64,000 bases of DNA from contig NIVC01002757.1 in assembly GCA_002269645.1 (NCBI GenBank), positions 79,040 to 143,039 of the forward strand, given 5' to 3'. The translations under genes were made by a program, and so were the position numbers. The stretch's first letter is position 1. Each line of letters starts with the position of its first letter. The notes under the pieces were generated by a model, which was not told the origin of the DNA, did not search any database, and saw nothing but the letters and a program-made list of their open reading frames with translations. The DNA is from Macrostomum lignano (Eukaryota). Positions 20,510-31,879 of this stretch are shown here, one piece after another.

Positions 20510-20979
20510 CTGTTAGTTGACTCATTTGGTAGTAGATGAGATTAGTAATTCTCGCCTCTGCGTACATGTAGTATTGTACATGTAATTTTGGTGCGCGCTC
20601 AGACCGTCTGGGGATGACACTGTACATGTAGAGTGTAGATTAATGCACATACTGTGTACATATAGAATTGGGGATAGACATGGACATTTGAGATATGGAT
20701 TAATGTACATGGAATTAATGTACATATCCAATTTGAGATATTTAGGGATTAATGTACATGGAATTAATGTACATATCCATTTTGAGATAGATAGGGATTA
20801 TTGAACATGGAATTAATGTACATATATGAGCACATGGATTATTACGACTACATATTGCCACATCACGCTTAGGATAGCGTTTTTGTATACTACTTACTTC
20901 ATTTTTCAGATAGTAGTATAATTTGCGTTTTTTGCGTCAAAACATCTGAAAACCCTGCAGTTTCTGCGTGCTACGTAGT
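20510..20979 (-). repeat. Right terminal inverted repeat
   Basis: Reverse complement of the left TIR; GTTAGTTGACTCATTTGGTAGTAG at ~20512-20535 marks the inner limit of visible homology. Confidence 0.88.
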
Positions 20980-20985
20980 TATGTG

Positions 20986-21252
20986 CACTCTGGCGCACTT
21001 TAAGCGACATTGTCTCACAACCGGCGAGAGGCATTACTGCCCATTCCACCGACTGCCCTTGAGCAGTCATACGCACAGGCACACACTCACACAGGAGTTT
21101 ACAGCGGCCCTGACTTTATTTATCGTTAGCTAGCCATGTACACTTTACTGTGCCTTGGGGTTGACCCCCAAGGGCGTCAATTTGCACGAGCAGAGCCAAG
21201 CCGAAATTCCAATTTAGGCCCAAATTAATGCGACTGCCACTTGGGATCGAGC
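20986..21252 (-). mobile_element. Dispersed ~280-bp repeat, copy 3, abutting the right TSD of the pPolB element
   Basis: Reverse complement of the family at 7508 and 25663. Confidence 0.8.
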
Positions 21253-21304
21253 CCGATGTTATACTTTCGGATATCCGTATCTTGTGTTATCCGCCCAGAT
21301 AGTA

Positions 21305-21487
21305 CAAGTGCTTTCTGATCTCCCCCTGGACATTGCAAGTGCTTTCTGATCTCCCCCTGGACATTGCAAGTGCTTTCTGATCTCCCCCTGGACATTGCAA
21401 GTGCTTTCTGATCTCCCCCTGGACATTGCAAGTGCTTTCTGATCTCCACCTGGACATTGCAAGTGCTTTCTGATCTCCATCTGGACA
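21305..21487. repeat. 31-bp tandem repeat, about 6 copies (CAAGTGCTTTCTGATCTCCCCCTGGACATTG)
   Basis: Units start at 21305, 21336, 21367 and onward. Confidence 0.92.
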
Positions 21488-23517
21488 CCCGGATGTTTCA
21501 AGCGTCTTAAAGTATCCGGTCCGGGTAGCTCAAGCTGCTTTACGTTCTCCGGGGTGCTTGCAGTCTCCCCGGAAGTCACAAGCTAAGTTGAAACATCCTG
21601 CCGAAAACCAAGGTTTGTTTTGAGATATGCGGATTGTGATGTCCGGGTCAAAGAACGATAATGTACTAAAACGATTAGTCTTGGAACAAAAAGACTAAGT
21701 GAAAGTGCTTCAAGGATGTGAAATTACTGAGTTAGGAAATTTTTTTAAATGTTTCTATAGACCCCATGCCTCTATCAAAGTTTAGGTTAAAAATCGATCC
21801 CCACATGAAGAATCTCGCCACCCTAAAACCCCCATTCCCCATGTCCCGGTGGGTGGCTTTAAGTAAGTTTTCGCTGTAAAATCGCACAGTAAAGAGGCCA
21901 GTGGTGCTCTTCATTCCCATTTAACATGACTCGACGTGCAGTGTTTTGAACTTTTCCCTGACTTCAACCTCCGTAAAAAGCACACGCCGCTGATGTTCTG
22001 GGCACCTTTTCTTGCAGCAGCTCCAGTTTCTCACTTTTTAGAACAATTGACCGTCTTGGAAGAAAAGCCTTTATACTTTCTCTGGAATTTTGCGCTTCAA
22101 ATTGTCCCTCACTTTTGCCGGCAAGTCTCCGGGAATTTTGACGTACTCGTTCAATACGAGCCCGTAAAGAACACTTGGTTTAGACTTGCCACGTCTGTCT
22201 CCAATTGAAACTGCAAGTACCTCAGTCACGCTTTGCAGCCTTCTAAATTCTTAATTTAACAGCTTTTAAAATACAGAGCATCAGTGAGAATGAATTGTAT
22301 ACATTGCGCAATTACACCGACAACTCATCTAGAGCTGTGTGGGCCGTGTGAGTCCCTGCACATGCAACCAGTAATTCTTTGGCAGAGTTGTAGCCTCGTG
22401 TCTGTACACCGCTCATGTACATTTTTACCCCACAGAGATCTCAAATCAAGGAAAACGCAAGGCACGACTGTTATGATATGCCTTGCGTTGTTCGGGACTA
22501 GAGATCGCAAAGCAAAGTCACATTTGTCTTGCGATCTCCGGCCGCTGGCACACCAGAGCGCCGCGCTGGACCACTAGTCTACGACACCCCACTACGTCAC
22601 GCCTAAATGTGTGTTTCTTATCCTTTTTAAGTCTCAAATTGAAGATACCAACAATGAAAAAAGCGATTTCAAACAAACTACAATATTTGCACATATTATC
22701 ATCTGATACTATAAATCGTGCCTTTCCTTTTCGCTTCTTAAAATCAAATTGATAATATGTTAGATTGAATTCTCTGTATCGCAACTTGCTACTGTAAGTA
22801 GCGGAGCAATTGCGCATTGGCGCCCTGTCTTGCAGCTGGCAGCAGAACTCAGCATGTTTCAGAAACGTTCAATAGAAGGAAGAATTGACACAGATAGAGA
22901 AGCAGTCTGTACAGCTCTACCTAACGTGAGCATCTGCTGCAGGTGGACCTGCAGGTGAGGCGATATTCCTGCATATAAAACGGTCGCATGCGGGGAAGGA
23001 AAATAGAGCGAGCTGGGCAGAGAGTGTGGAGAGAGACGAAGCAAATTAAGAGCCAAGATGAAAAAGAAGCAGCAGCGTTTTTTTTAAAATGCAGCCAGCA
23101 AGAAACTCACTCGCGTTGTCATGGAGACGCCGCGTTCGATCAATGCATTGCTGGGGGGGGGGCGGGCAGGTGAAGCCTTACTTGCCAAGCCTAGAGCGTA
23201 CTCTCTTCCTTCACCTGCCCGCGATTCCTACCAATCCTCTCTTCCCTTCACTCTGGATGCTCTCTAGCCAGGGTTGCCATGGCTTGGTAAGGTCTGCGCA
23301 CAGCACAGCCCCCTGGTGCTCATCATTCATTAGCTCCATACGAATACAGTGCGACGCTACCTTTCATAGTGAAAGCAGAAAAGAATAATAGACATAGTGG
23401 CATTGAATTCTTCGGCACAATTTTGCTGCACATTTTTCTGCGCACAACGGCCGACCTCCCCTCCTTAGCTTCTCTTGCCCAGCACTGTGCAAAGTGTCCA
23501 CGAATTAAAAATAAAAA

Positions 23518-25155
23518 ATGACTGACGACCAGCGGGTGTTCGGAGACGGCAGCGCTACAAGCCGAAGCAGAGTGTGCACATTTCACTATCTGGTGGGTAG
23601 CTCACAGCAGAAGCAGCCGCAACAATTGGAAAGTCAGCAGCAGCAGCAACAACAGCCGCAGCAGCAGCATTCTGACGCGCTAAGGATGCCTTCCAACCGA
23701 GACATGCCCTCTTTCGAGGAGTGGAAACGCCGTCGAGCCAATCGTCCGTTCGGTCAAGAAGTTGTGCTGCTTGAGCTCGATCCCAAGGAGGAGCTGGCCA
23801 GAAAAAAGCAACGAGACCAGCGCTTGATGTCGCTGATGCAACCGGAGGAGCAAGAAAGGTTCTACACCTACCTGGATCATTACGACCGACTGCAGGCTAA
23901 AGTTGAGCGCGACCGTGAAGAACGCGAGCGGGCAAAAGCCGAAGCCGCCAGGGAGGCCTCTGCAAAGGCGGCGGCGCGGAAAAAGGAGCAGCACAAACTG
24001 CACAAGCGTCTAGACAAGGTGGACCTCGCCACCGACTCGCAGTTCGTCGCCGACGTAGCCAAATCAAAGTACTACCGGCTGGTGCAGCGCGAGCAGAAAC
24101 AGCAGTTTAGATCGCGCGACGATCACGACCAATTCTGGTTGGGCGAGCTTCAAACCAAAGGACTGCTGCGGCCTACGGAGACGTCGGCGCTTGGACGACG
24201 GCAGCGCAGACACATGACTGGTGCCGCCGGTGCCGGTTCGGGTGCACACTCTGCAGCTGGAGATGATCTGCTACAAGCGGACGATCAAGAGTTGCATCCC
24301 ACGTTGCACTGGGAAAGAACGGACGATACGCTCCAGCTGGGCGCGAGCCGAAACGCTGCTGGTGCTCGCAGCGGCGGCGGCTTTCATAGCATGTCGCGCG
24401 CTCAGCAGAACCGCATGCTCGAGGAGCTATTCCCACGAGCTGAGCGGCCCAAGCTCAGCAGCTTTAACGTTGACTTCACCAAGAAAGAGGAAAAATCGGC
24501 CGACGAATTGGAACTTGAACGCCTGAAGGAGCGCCGACGCAAGCGGCTGGACGAGTGGCGCGAGCATCGGCACATGCAGCAGATGGCTGTCACGTTCGGT
24601 GTAGCCACTCGACGCATTCTGGACGAGCGACCAGTCCGCGATTCCGCCGATCGGCTCATGGACGAGGCCGAGGCGGACCTTGGCCAGCTGTTCGGCGGAG
24701 CGCTCGAGAGGGCTCGCCGTCGGGAGCAGCTCGAGTTGGAGTCACGACGAGGGGGCGACGGCGAGCTTGACCTGACAGATCCCCGCCTACTGCAATCGTG
24801 GCGTCGGAATCCGGCCGGAGAGCGACGACGAAAACAGCTGCGCGGCGTCGACGGAAGCTCGTCAACGTCGACTTTCTCCAGCGCCCAGCGCCCAGGCGAG
24901 CGGCCGCTGACAACGCCGGCAACGGAGACCTACAACGACGATGACGACTACGACGAAGCGGGCTATCACGATCGGCGAAGGACTCAACGACCGATGCTTT
25001 CGTTGGCTGACGCGCACAAAGAGCTGCCGCACATCGAGGTCAAAGGTCAGAGCACCCTGTGGAACAATTACATGGGCGCCGGCAATGTTCGCTTTGCTCC
25101 GCTCGATGATGACGCCTGGTATCGAGAGGCGACAACAGCTGCGGTCACCAGCTAG
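23518..25155 (+). CDS. Uncharacterised charged, coiled-coil-rich protein, 545 aa, single ORF
   Basis: Long GC-rich ORF with polyQ and E/R/K-rich helices and AT-rich flanks. No recognised domain; the true start may lie in an upstream exon. Confidence 0.75.
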   Translation: MTDDQRVFGDGSATSRSRVCTFHYLVGSSQQKQPQQLESQQQQQQQPQQQHSDALRMPSNRDMPSFEEWKRRRANRPFGQEVVLLELDPKEELARKKQRDQRLMSLMQPEEQERFYTYLDHYDRLQAKVERDREERERAKAEAAREASAKAAARKKEQHKLHKRLDKVDLATDSQFVADVAKSKYYRLVQREQKQQFRSRDDHDQFWLGELQTKGLLRPTETSALGRRQRRHMTGAAGAGSGAHSAAGDDLLQADDQELHPTLHWERTDDTLQLGASRNAAGARSGGGFHSMSRAQQNRMLEELFPRAERPKLSSFNVDFTKKEEKSADELELERLKERRRKRLDEWREHRHMQQMAVTFGVATRRILDERPVRDSADRLMDEAEADLGQLFGGALERARRREQLELESRRGGDGELDLTDPRLLQSWRRNPAGERRRKQLRGVDGSSSTSTFSSAQRPGERPLTTPATETYNDDDDYDEAGYHDRRRTQRPMLSLADAHKELPHIEVKGQSTLWNNYMGAGNVRFAPLDDDAWYREATTAAVTS

Positions 25156-25662
25156 ACCTTTTATACTGCAGCATTCCGAATTCTGAGTCTTTGCTTGTGA
25201 ATTGCCGGTTTCGTTATGCTATGATCGTTTCTAATATTTTTCTACTTTACAGCTGATTGCAACATGACGATATTGTTCAGAACTGTAACGCTTATTTATC
25301 TTTTATGTAAATTAAATTTCGGAAAATTATATTAACTTACATAACTAAGTTTTGTGTTTATGAGTATTTATATCGGCTTAAGATTATGGATTTAACAAAA
25401 TAATTAATGTTGCTCTTTTCAATAAAAAAGAAAAAGAAGAGCAAATTTGTAGCAAATCAAAAATTTATTTTTTTTATTTTTATAACAAAATAAATTAGCA
25501 ATGCTCATAAGTTTCCAGCGATTCTTGGTGGAAATTTTGACAAAACAGGGCTCAGTGTGTGATACGCGAAGAACGCGCAGTGCTAAATTATAACAAACAA
25601 ATGATTTTTTTGATCCAAGGCATAAGCGTCTAGCGAACATCAAAACAGGTACATCACGTATA

Positions 25663-25870
25663 GCTCGATTCCAAGTGCAGTCGCGTTAATTTGGGGCACA
25701 ATTGGAATCTCGTGCAATTAATGGTCTTGAGGACCAACCCCCAAGGCGCAGTGAAGTGTACATGCCTAACGATAAATTAAGTCCGGGCCTCTGTACATTC
25801 CTGTGTGAGTGTGTGCCTGTGCGTATGTCTGCTCAGGGGGAGTCGGCGGGATGGGCAGTAATGCCTCTCG
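25663..25870 (+). mobile_element. Dispersed ~280-bp repeat, copy 2 (3'-truncated)
   Basis: Homologous to 7508-7790. Confidence 0.8.
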
Positions 25871-25967
25871 ACGCGCGGTTTTATAACAATGCTTGACAGC
25901 TTGACAATGAGCTTTATTAAGAAAATAGAGTGCTAATTCGAATTCGAATTTACATGATAAAGAGGGC

Positions 25968-27026
25968 TCAAGGCAAAGCGCTGAAAAAGTTGTTAATCTG
26001 TTTCTCATTCATGCTGAAATTGGCGATAGCCACAGCAGAAACAACGCCTATTAAATGGGCAGTGTGTCCAGCATAGAAGCGACGGCCGATCGAAACAGCA
26101 AAACACGAAGGAGATCCGCCGAGAACTGCCGACCCAACTGCAGAGGGTACAATAAACCCTTTGTTATAAAATAGGGCAGATTCTGCAGTGTAAGAAACGG
26201 TAGCAGAAAACGCCACGTCCATCCAGGTGTTTTCATCTAAAGATAGCAGTCCGACTGCAGATTTTACGTAGTAATAGTTCCTTGCATTAAAATAGAGTTG
26301 GCCTGCTTGACTGTATTCCCACAGATGAGGACCGAAAGTTATGCTGACAGGATCGGAGCAAGACACCGCCTCTATGAACGGCTGGACCCTTGGCTTTCTC
26401 TTCAGCCGCATCAGCCAAGTGAACCCGCCAGCAAAGGCGGCTCCAGAGAAGCGACTGTCGTTGAGCAGCGCATATGAGGACACCCCGTCGAACACGGCGC
26501 CCTCTTCGGTCCACTGCAGGTTCCCACTTTCCAGTCGATGGCTGCTGCCGCTGCTTCCCGGAGCATCGCCCTGGCACGCCAGGTTGCCAAATCGGTGTCC
26601 GCCTCCAGCCAGCCACAGACCCAGTAGTCGGTCGTGCACCGAGGTATCGCAGTTTGTCAACGATTTGGTTCGAAACACATAACACTGCGCCGCTTCTTGC
26701 TTGCTGCTCAGCACCTGGTCAGTGCCAATTAGCTGGGCTTCAACTGACTGCAGGACGCGGCACACGCGCTGGTAGTGGAAGAGCGAGCACGCACCTGTCT
26801 GCCTGTCCCACTGCAGGACGAGGTCGTCATCAGAATGGCCGGTGCTCGACGCTTTGAGCATGCAGCTTTGCAGGTTTTGGGATTGCCACGAACTCAGAGA
26901 GGAGCTCTCGTTGATGCACAGCGGTGAGAAGTATTTGCACCACTGTTTAGCGCAGTCAACAGCCGATAGTAACGGCCATGCGCTAACTAGCAGCATGGCG
27001 AATCGAATTCTGGCTATTAGACACAT
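25968..27026 (-). CDS. Putative secreted protein with a Cys-containing N-terminal region and a C-terminal LamG-like (concanavalin A-like) domain
   Basis: Hydrophobic leader (M)LLVSAWPLLSAVDC; GAVFDGVSSY...FTWLMRL...NTWMDVAFS...GVVSAVAIANFSMNEKQI resembles a LamG_3/pentraxin-type pattern. Start is uncertain (ATG at 27074, 27026 or 26996). Confidence 0.7.
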   Translation of the reverse strand: MCLIARIRFAMLLVSAWPLLSAVDCAKQWCKYFSPLCINESSSLSSWQSQNLQSCMLKASSTGHSDDDLVLQWDRQTGACSLFHYQRVCRVLQSVEAQLIGTDQVLSSKQEAAQCYVFRTKSLTNCDTSVHDRLLGLWLAGGGHRFGNLACQGDAPGSSGSSHRLESGNLQWTEEGAVFDGVSSYALLNDSRFSGAAFAGGFTWLMRLKRKPRVQPFIEAVSCSDPVSITFGPHLWEYSQAGQLYFNARNYYYVKSAVGLLSLDENTWMDVAFSATVSYTAESALFYNKGFIVPSAVGSAVLGGSPSCFAVSIGRRFYAGHTAHLIGVVSAVAIANFSMNEKQINNFFSALP

Positions 27027-27574
27027 TGTCGTCGAACTTGACAACCGTTCTATAGCTTTGAGATGTCGTATCATGCAAATTTTCTCTTTAATTTTTTTGC
27101 TGTTTTTCACGCTATTAAAGATAATTGGGAATCAGCGTGACTGACAAGCATTTTTTATTTGCAGATGCCAGCTGTGACAATTCCCAAGCCATTATCAAAC
27201 TGAAAGCTCTTATGTGTTTCTGGCTTCTGAATTTTAATCAAAAGAAAAAGAGAAGAGAAGAGATGTCTTCAACAAGAGGCATGCTATTTGAATTCTCATG
27301 AATTGGCGTGAATTAAGCCAGCTGACAGGCTGTTTCGAAGCATATGCATATTGATGAAGCTTTTCTTTATCCATTCAAATATAATTTACCTTAGGAAATG
27401 CTTTCGTTCGTTCAAATTAAAAGCTAGATACAGTATAATGGTTTTACTTAGGAAATGTACATTGTTTAGCGCAGGGGTCGGCACTCCGGCCCGCGAAGCC
27501 TCTCTATCCGGCCCTCGGGTTCTTTGAAACTTCAAAATAGCAATTCGGCCCGCTAAAGGTTTGTGGCTCTCACA

Positions 27575-27830
27575 CCTCTCTCTTCTCCTGTCCCCTCTCC
27601 CTTCCTCTCCCTCACTCTCTTCTCCCCCTCTACACTCTCCTTTCTCCTCTCTCTTTTCCCCTTCTCTCTTTTCCCCTCTCCGGTCTTTTCCTCTCTCCTC
27701 TCTCTCCCTCTTTTCCTTTCTCTTTTCTCCCTTTCCTCTCTCTTCCCCCTCTTCTCTCTTCCCTCCTCTCCCTCACTCTCTTCTCCCCCTTACCTTTCTT
27801 CTCTCTTCTGTATTCTCACTCTCTGATCTT
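27575..27830. repeat. Pyrimidine-rich (CT) low-complexity tract
   Basis: Near-pure C/T run; explains the spurious ORFs 27561-27842 and 27563-27826. Confidence 0.85.
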
Positions 27831-28549
27831 CCTAGATTCTAGCATTGCTTTTAATTGCTTTATGAATTGTAGCCTTAATGACTCATTGCTTAACCTATCT
27901 TGGCCTCACCTGATAATAGATACAGAAGTGTTAATAACGTCAGTGAATTAGATCAGGCCAACGGCCAAGAGCAATTGCATTTTTTTAAAACAACAACACA
28001 GAACGAAAAATAAGATATATTTTGTAAACAATTAAATGCTTACAAGCAATAACACACATAAACTGTAAATGAACACACATAAAAGCCACGAATAGGAAGA
28101 CCTTAAACTTGGAAAATTTTAGAAATTATAAGAAGCCCAGTAAAACATCAACTGCTTTGTGGGTTAAGAAAAACATTAAACGAAATGTACGAAAATGCAC
28201 CAAACGTCTAACAAAAAAACCCGCAAAATAAAAACAAAAACAAAAAAATGCGACTCGAATTGAGCCTTAAATGTGATAAAAACTGAGTAAACATGGGACA
28301 TTTTGGACTGCAGGACAATTGGGTAACTGCGTTTAAGCACAAATGTAGTAAGTAGACTGGTGGAATTATTGAAATGACCAACACTTTAACCGAATTTTAG
28401 TGTTTTACTATTTTACGGGATCGTAAATTCTGGAGTCTAACTAAAAAGAAAACAAACAAATTTCAGACTAATTAAGATATAAGCCTAAGCCAATGAAACG
28501 CTTGCTAAGTGACAAGTCAAATGAAGCATCATGGAAATGTTAAATCGTG

Positions 28550-30193
28550 CTAATTATAAGCCAACTTCAGAAGGACCAACCGGTTTCTATTAGAAGTGAA
28601 GGCCAACCACCTCGCGTTGTCTTTTTCAACCAGCTCCAGACGTTCAATATGGCCACAAAGTCCAGTCTCCTTGACAGGAAGCTCAAACGAGTCAACAAAA
28701 ACATCATCGCCAGTTGAGATGACAATTTCATTGCCGGTCAATTTAACAATGAAGCCTTTGCTATCAATGGCCAGCCTCCTAACTCTCGCTGCCGCGTCAA
28801 CGGGTTCGTCGTCATCGTCGGAGTCTTTGTCCGGCAGCGAACTGATGGCTTGGCCAGTGATGCCGCAGATTTTCAGCACAGATTCAAGAACGCCCCAGTT
28901 AAACAGCAGCAATTTGCTGCCGACAAGAGCTAGATCGGTGAAGAAAATTCCTTTATCGTGAAGAGGCCACAAGTCAATCACTGACAGCAATTCAGAAGAG
29001 TCTTTGTCGATAGAAAAAACGCACTGCTTTGCCAAATCAAGGAAGCAAAGCTTGTCAGAATTGCCCGCAATGGCGTCGAACGATCTACTGACGCCGTCAA
29101 AGCTGCTGCCACTGATCACTTTGACCAAACCGCCGCTAAGGTCAGTCACAGTTACAGTGCTGCGATGCGCCACAAACAACTGCTGACGGTTGCTGTCACA
29201 GTGCAGCCCAGTGACTTTACCTGACGTCGAGCTGAAATTGCACCCGACATTGAAAACTTTTTTATGCTCCGCTGAAAACGCCACAATGTTCAGCTTGTCG
29301 TCGTTTTGTCTTTCGAAAAATACGCACGGTGCGCCAAGAGGTTTAATGTTGCCGCGGCCAGTGCAATCAGCTGATCGCTTTACAAAACCGACCGAATTGA
29401 CTACAAAGCCAGCTGTGTTGCTACAGGCTGCCAAGAACTTCGGCTCAGACTGAAGATTCACCTGAAACACTTGATTGGATGAAACAGGCGTGATATCAAG
29501 ATCATCGTTATCGTCACCGCTATCGTCCAAATCAAGCCAGCAGTCGGTCATCACGCTGGTCATATGGTCGTCAATTGTAGACTGGAACTGTTGTACTCCA
29601 GCGGCCACGTCGCCAAACGACCTTAGCCGCATCTCGGCTCTAGGACCAGCGTCGATGTAGTCACGCTGAAACCCTCGAAGTTCGTTTCGCTTGTTATTAA
29701 AATCTTTGCATCGTTTAGAAGCGTCTACAAGCCAGGCGCTGTTTTTCTTGGATAGCTCCGCCAACTTTTTCATCTCCTGGGCGGCCAGGGCGAGCGAGGC
29801 CTCCTTCTCGCGTGACTCAGCTTCGTCAGCGTCTGTCAGCCTCTCTGCCACCGATTGGTGCACCAACTGCAGTCGGTCCACCGTTTTCTGGCGCCACTGC
29901 TGCAATTTTTCCTGTACAGCGTTGAACATTTCGTTGACTTCCTGCACCTCGACGGTAAGAGCCTGCAGTTCCTTCGTCATCTTTGCTCGTTGTTTTGCTA
30001 CGGGAACTAGCTGTCTCATTTTCCACGATACATCAGCTGCTTGCTTGCGCACTGTCTCGGACTCCTTATCCAGGTGCTCCTGGCAAAGAACTTTATTGTT
30101 ACCGAGTAAGCCAACTTCTACTGATGGATTGTCGCAAGATTTGACGCTGCAAGTTTCGCGTAGTTTTTTTATTGCTTCTCCACGGCGTGGCAT
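28550..30193 (-). CDS. Degenerate B-box-like Zn motif + coiled coil + probable beta-propeller (TRIM/NHL-like architecture, no RING), 547 aa, intronless
   Basis: CSVKSC...LCQEHL, then a heptad-rich helical region, an acidic linker and repeated beta-strand motifs (GLHCDSNRQQLFVA, RLAIDSKGFIV). The ORF is solid; the domain call is inferred. Confidence 0.7.
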   Translation of the reverse strand: MPRRGEAIKKLRETCSVKSCDNPSVEVGLLGNNKVLCQEHLDKESETVRKQAADVSWKMRQLVPVAKQRAKMTKELQALTVEVQEVNEMFNAVQEKLQQWRQKTVDRLQLVHQSVAERLTDADEAESREKEASLALAAQEMKKLAELSKKNSAWLVDASKRCKDFNNKRNELRGFQRDYIDAGPRAEMRLRSFGDVAAGVQQFQSTIDDHMTSVMTDCWLDLDDSGDDNDDLDITPVSSNQVFQVNLQSEPKFLAACSNTAGFVVNSVGFVKRSADCTGRGNIKPLGAPCVFFERQNDDKLNIVAFSAEHKKVFNVGCNFSSTSGKVTGLHCDSNRQQLFVAHRSTVTVTDLSGGLVKVISGSSFDGVSRSFDAIAGNSDKLCFLDLAKQCVFSIDKDSSELLSVIDLWPLHDKGIFFTDLALVGSKLLLFNWGVLESVLKICGITGQAISSLPDKDSDDDDEPVDAAARVRRLAIDSKGFIVKLTGNEIVISTGDDVFVDSFELPVKETGLCGHIERLELVEKDNARWLAFTSNRNRLVLLKLAYN

Positions 30194-31879
30194 AGTAGTG
30201 AAGTGTAGTTTGGCTGAAAATTAGATTTCAAAAATGAGAACCTGTGTTTCGTCAAATTGATAATAGGGTATAACTTGGCTGTTACGGTTGCTTATGTATT
30301 AAGAAATGCTTGAGTGGCCTAAAGTGACTTGGACTTATAGTAAGCGTCATTTAAATGTACATAGTATCTACTATTTGAGACTGTAATTTATAAAATTGAT
30401 AAGATTGTACTTTTACGACTAGTGCGAGCGACAAGCTCTCATCTCATTCCCCGCCTCTCCTCTCTTCTCTCATCTTTCGTCTTCTATTCCCTTTCCTTTC
30501 CACTCTCATCTGGTCAGCAGACAAGAGCTGAATTACCTTTCTGGCCCCTGAGGCACCCTTATAGCGCTGCAGCATTCCCAGCCGGTTCTCATTCTTAACT
30601 ATATCATCGGTAGTAATACTTAGTAATTAATACCGTTAACTATGGAATTTTATAGGCTTTTAATAATTTCGATATCTTAGATATCTGGGACTTCCAACCT
30701 CTAAATCCTACTAAACACACTGTATTCAGAAATTAATTAACGTCAAGTCTCACAAATAAATTTGAGATTTATTAAAGCAATAGTTTTAAAGCAAAGCCAG
30801 ACGCGTTGCTCTGCAAAATAAATTGTTAAATCTATTTTCTTTGAAACACACCAGGTAGGTCTGTCCAGGTAATAACTGACTTAGGTAACATTATATAGAC
30901 TTTGAAGCTCAGATTCACAGACTGACAGAATAAAGCGAAAGCAAAGCTGTAGCCAACGCAGACTCTTGCGGTACAATTCGGAAAAAGACGATCTATAAAC
31001 TTTTGATATTACTACTTTAATAATAAAGTAAGTAGTGCAGTGTGAGTGTTGCGGAAAATACCAACTATAGCTGACGTATTGCAAAAAGTGGCAGAAACAT
31101 TAATAATAATAATAATAATAACAATTTTATTAATACAAATGAGTGAGACTTGGGTTAGAGAGATAAGCAAAATGCTATATCAATATACATAACCTTTGAG
31201 TATTCAATCCCATCGCGCTAATTGAAGTACTTTATATTAAAGTAACACTTATTTTTGAAAAAAAATACAAAAATATTTAAAGCCTAATTGCAAAATTCAT
31301 TCGATACCCTTGCAATTGCGAAATTGCAAAGGTACTCGTATCGAGCTATTTCAACTATTCAATAGTTGAAAGTGGAAAATATGAAAAATAATAGATTCTT
31401 TTTTCTAAGTGCAATTGCAACTTAAATTAAAGAAAAAAGGTCACCACATTTATTAACAACATTAAAGCGACTAGCATTATGAAAGTACAAAAATTATGAT
31501 AACAGGATAATTAATACTTTATTCTGTAGGCATAAAATAAAAAGTTGTCTCTTCACTTCAAGCAAAAAATTGATTGCAGCTTGAATAAGTTTTTTATTGA
31601 GGTATAACAGTCGAATTCCGATGACATGAATATAATGATTATCAAGACAAAGAGATTGTTAGTTTATTTTGGCCAAATTCATATTGTCAATTTATGGACT
31701 ATCGGAAAATAGAAAATAGCTGTATGCTTATTAATATATAAAATTATCTATATTTATTCTTTTAAATGAGTAAGGAACACCTCGACCTGCTAAACTTAAC
31801 TTGAGAAACAAAATAAGTAAATAAATATATTGCAAAGAATGACTAATGGCATATTTTAATAGTGTGTTTTAGATTTACT

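Larger units (their letters stand above)
11282..20979 (+). mobile_element. Polinton/Maverick-like self-synthesizing element, 9,698 bp, apparently polymerase-only
   Basis: Terminal inverted repeats start ACTACGTAGCACGCAGAAACTGCAGGG at 11282, with the reverse complement ending at 20979. The direct repeat TATGTG flanks both ends (11276-11281, 20980-20985), and the TIR and TSD boundaries coincide. The element contains a pPolB gene. Confidence 0.9.

Noticed and set aside
23680-24922. Minus-strand ORFs within the 545-aa gene
   Set aside because: Shadow ORFs.
27472-27560. CAGGGGTCGGCAC...CGGCCCGCG hAT-like terminus
   Set aside because: No matching opposite end or TSD was found.
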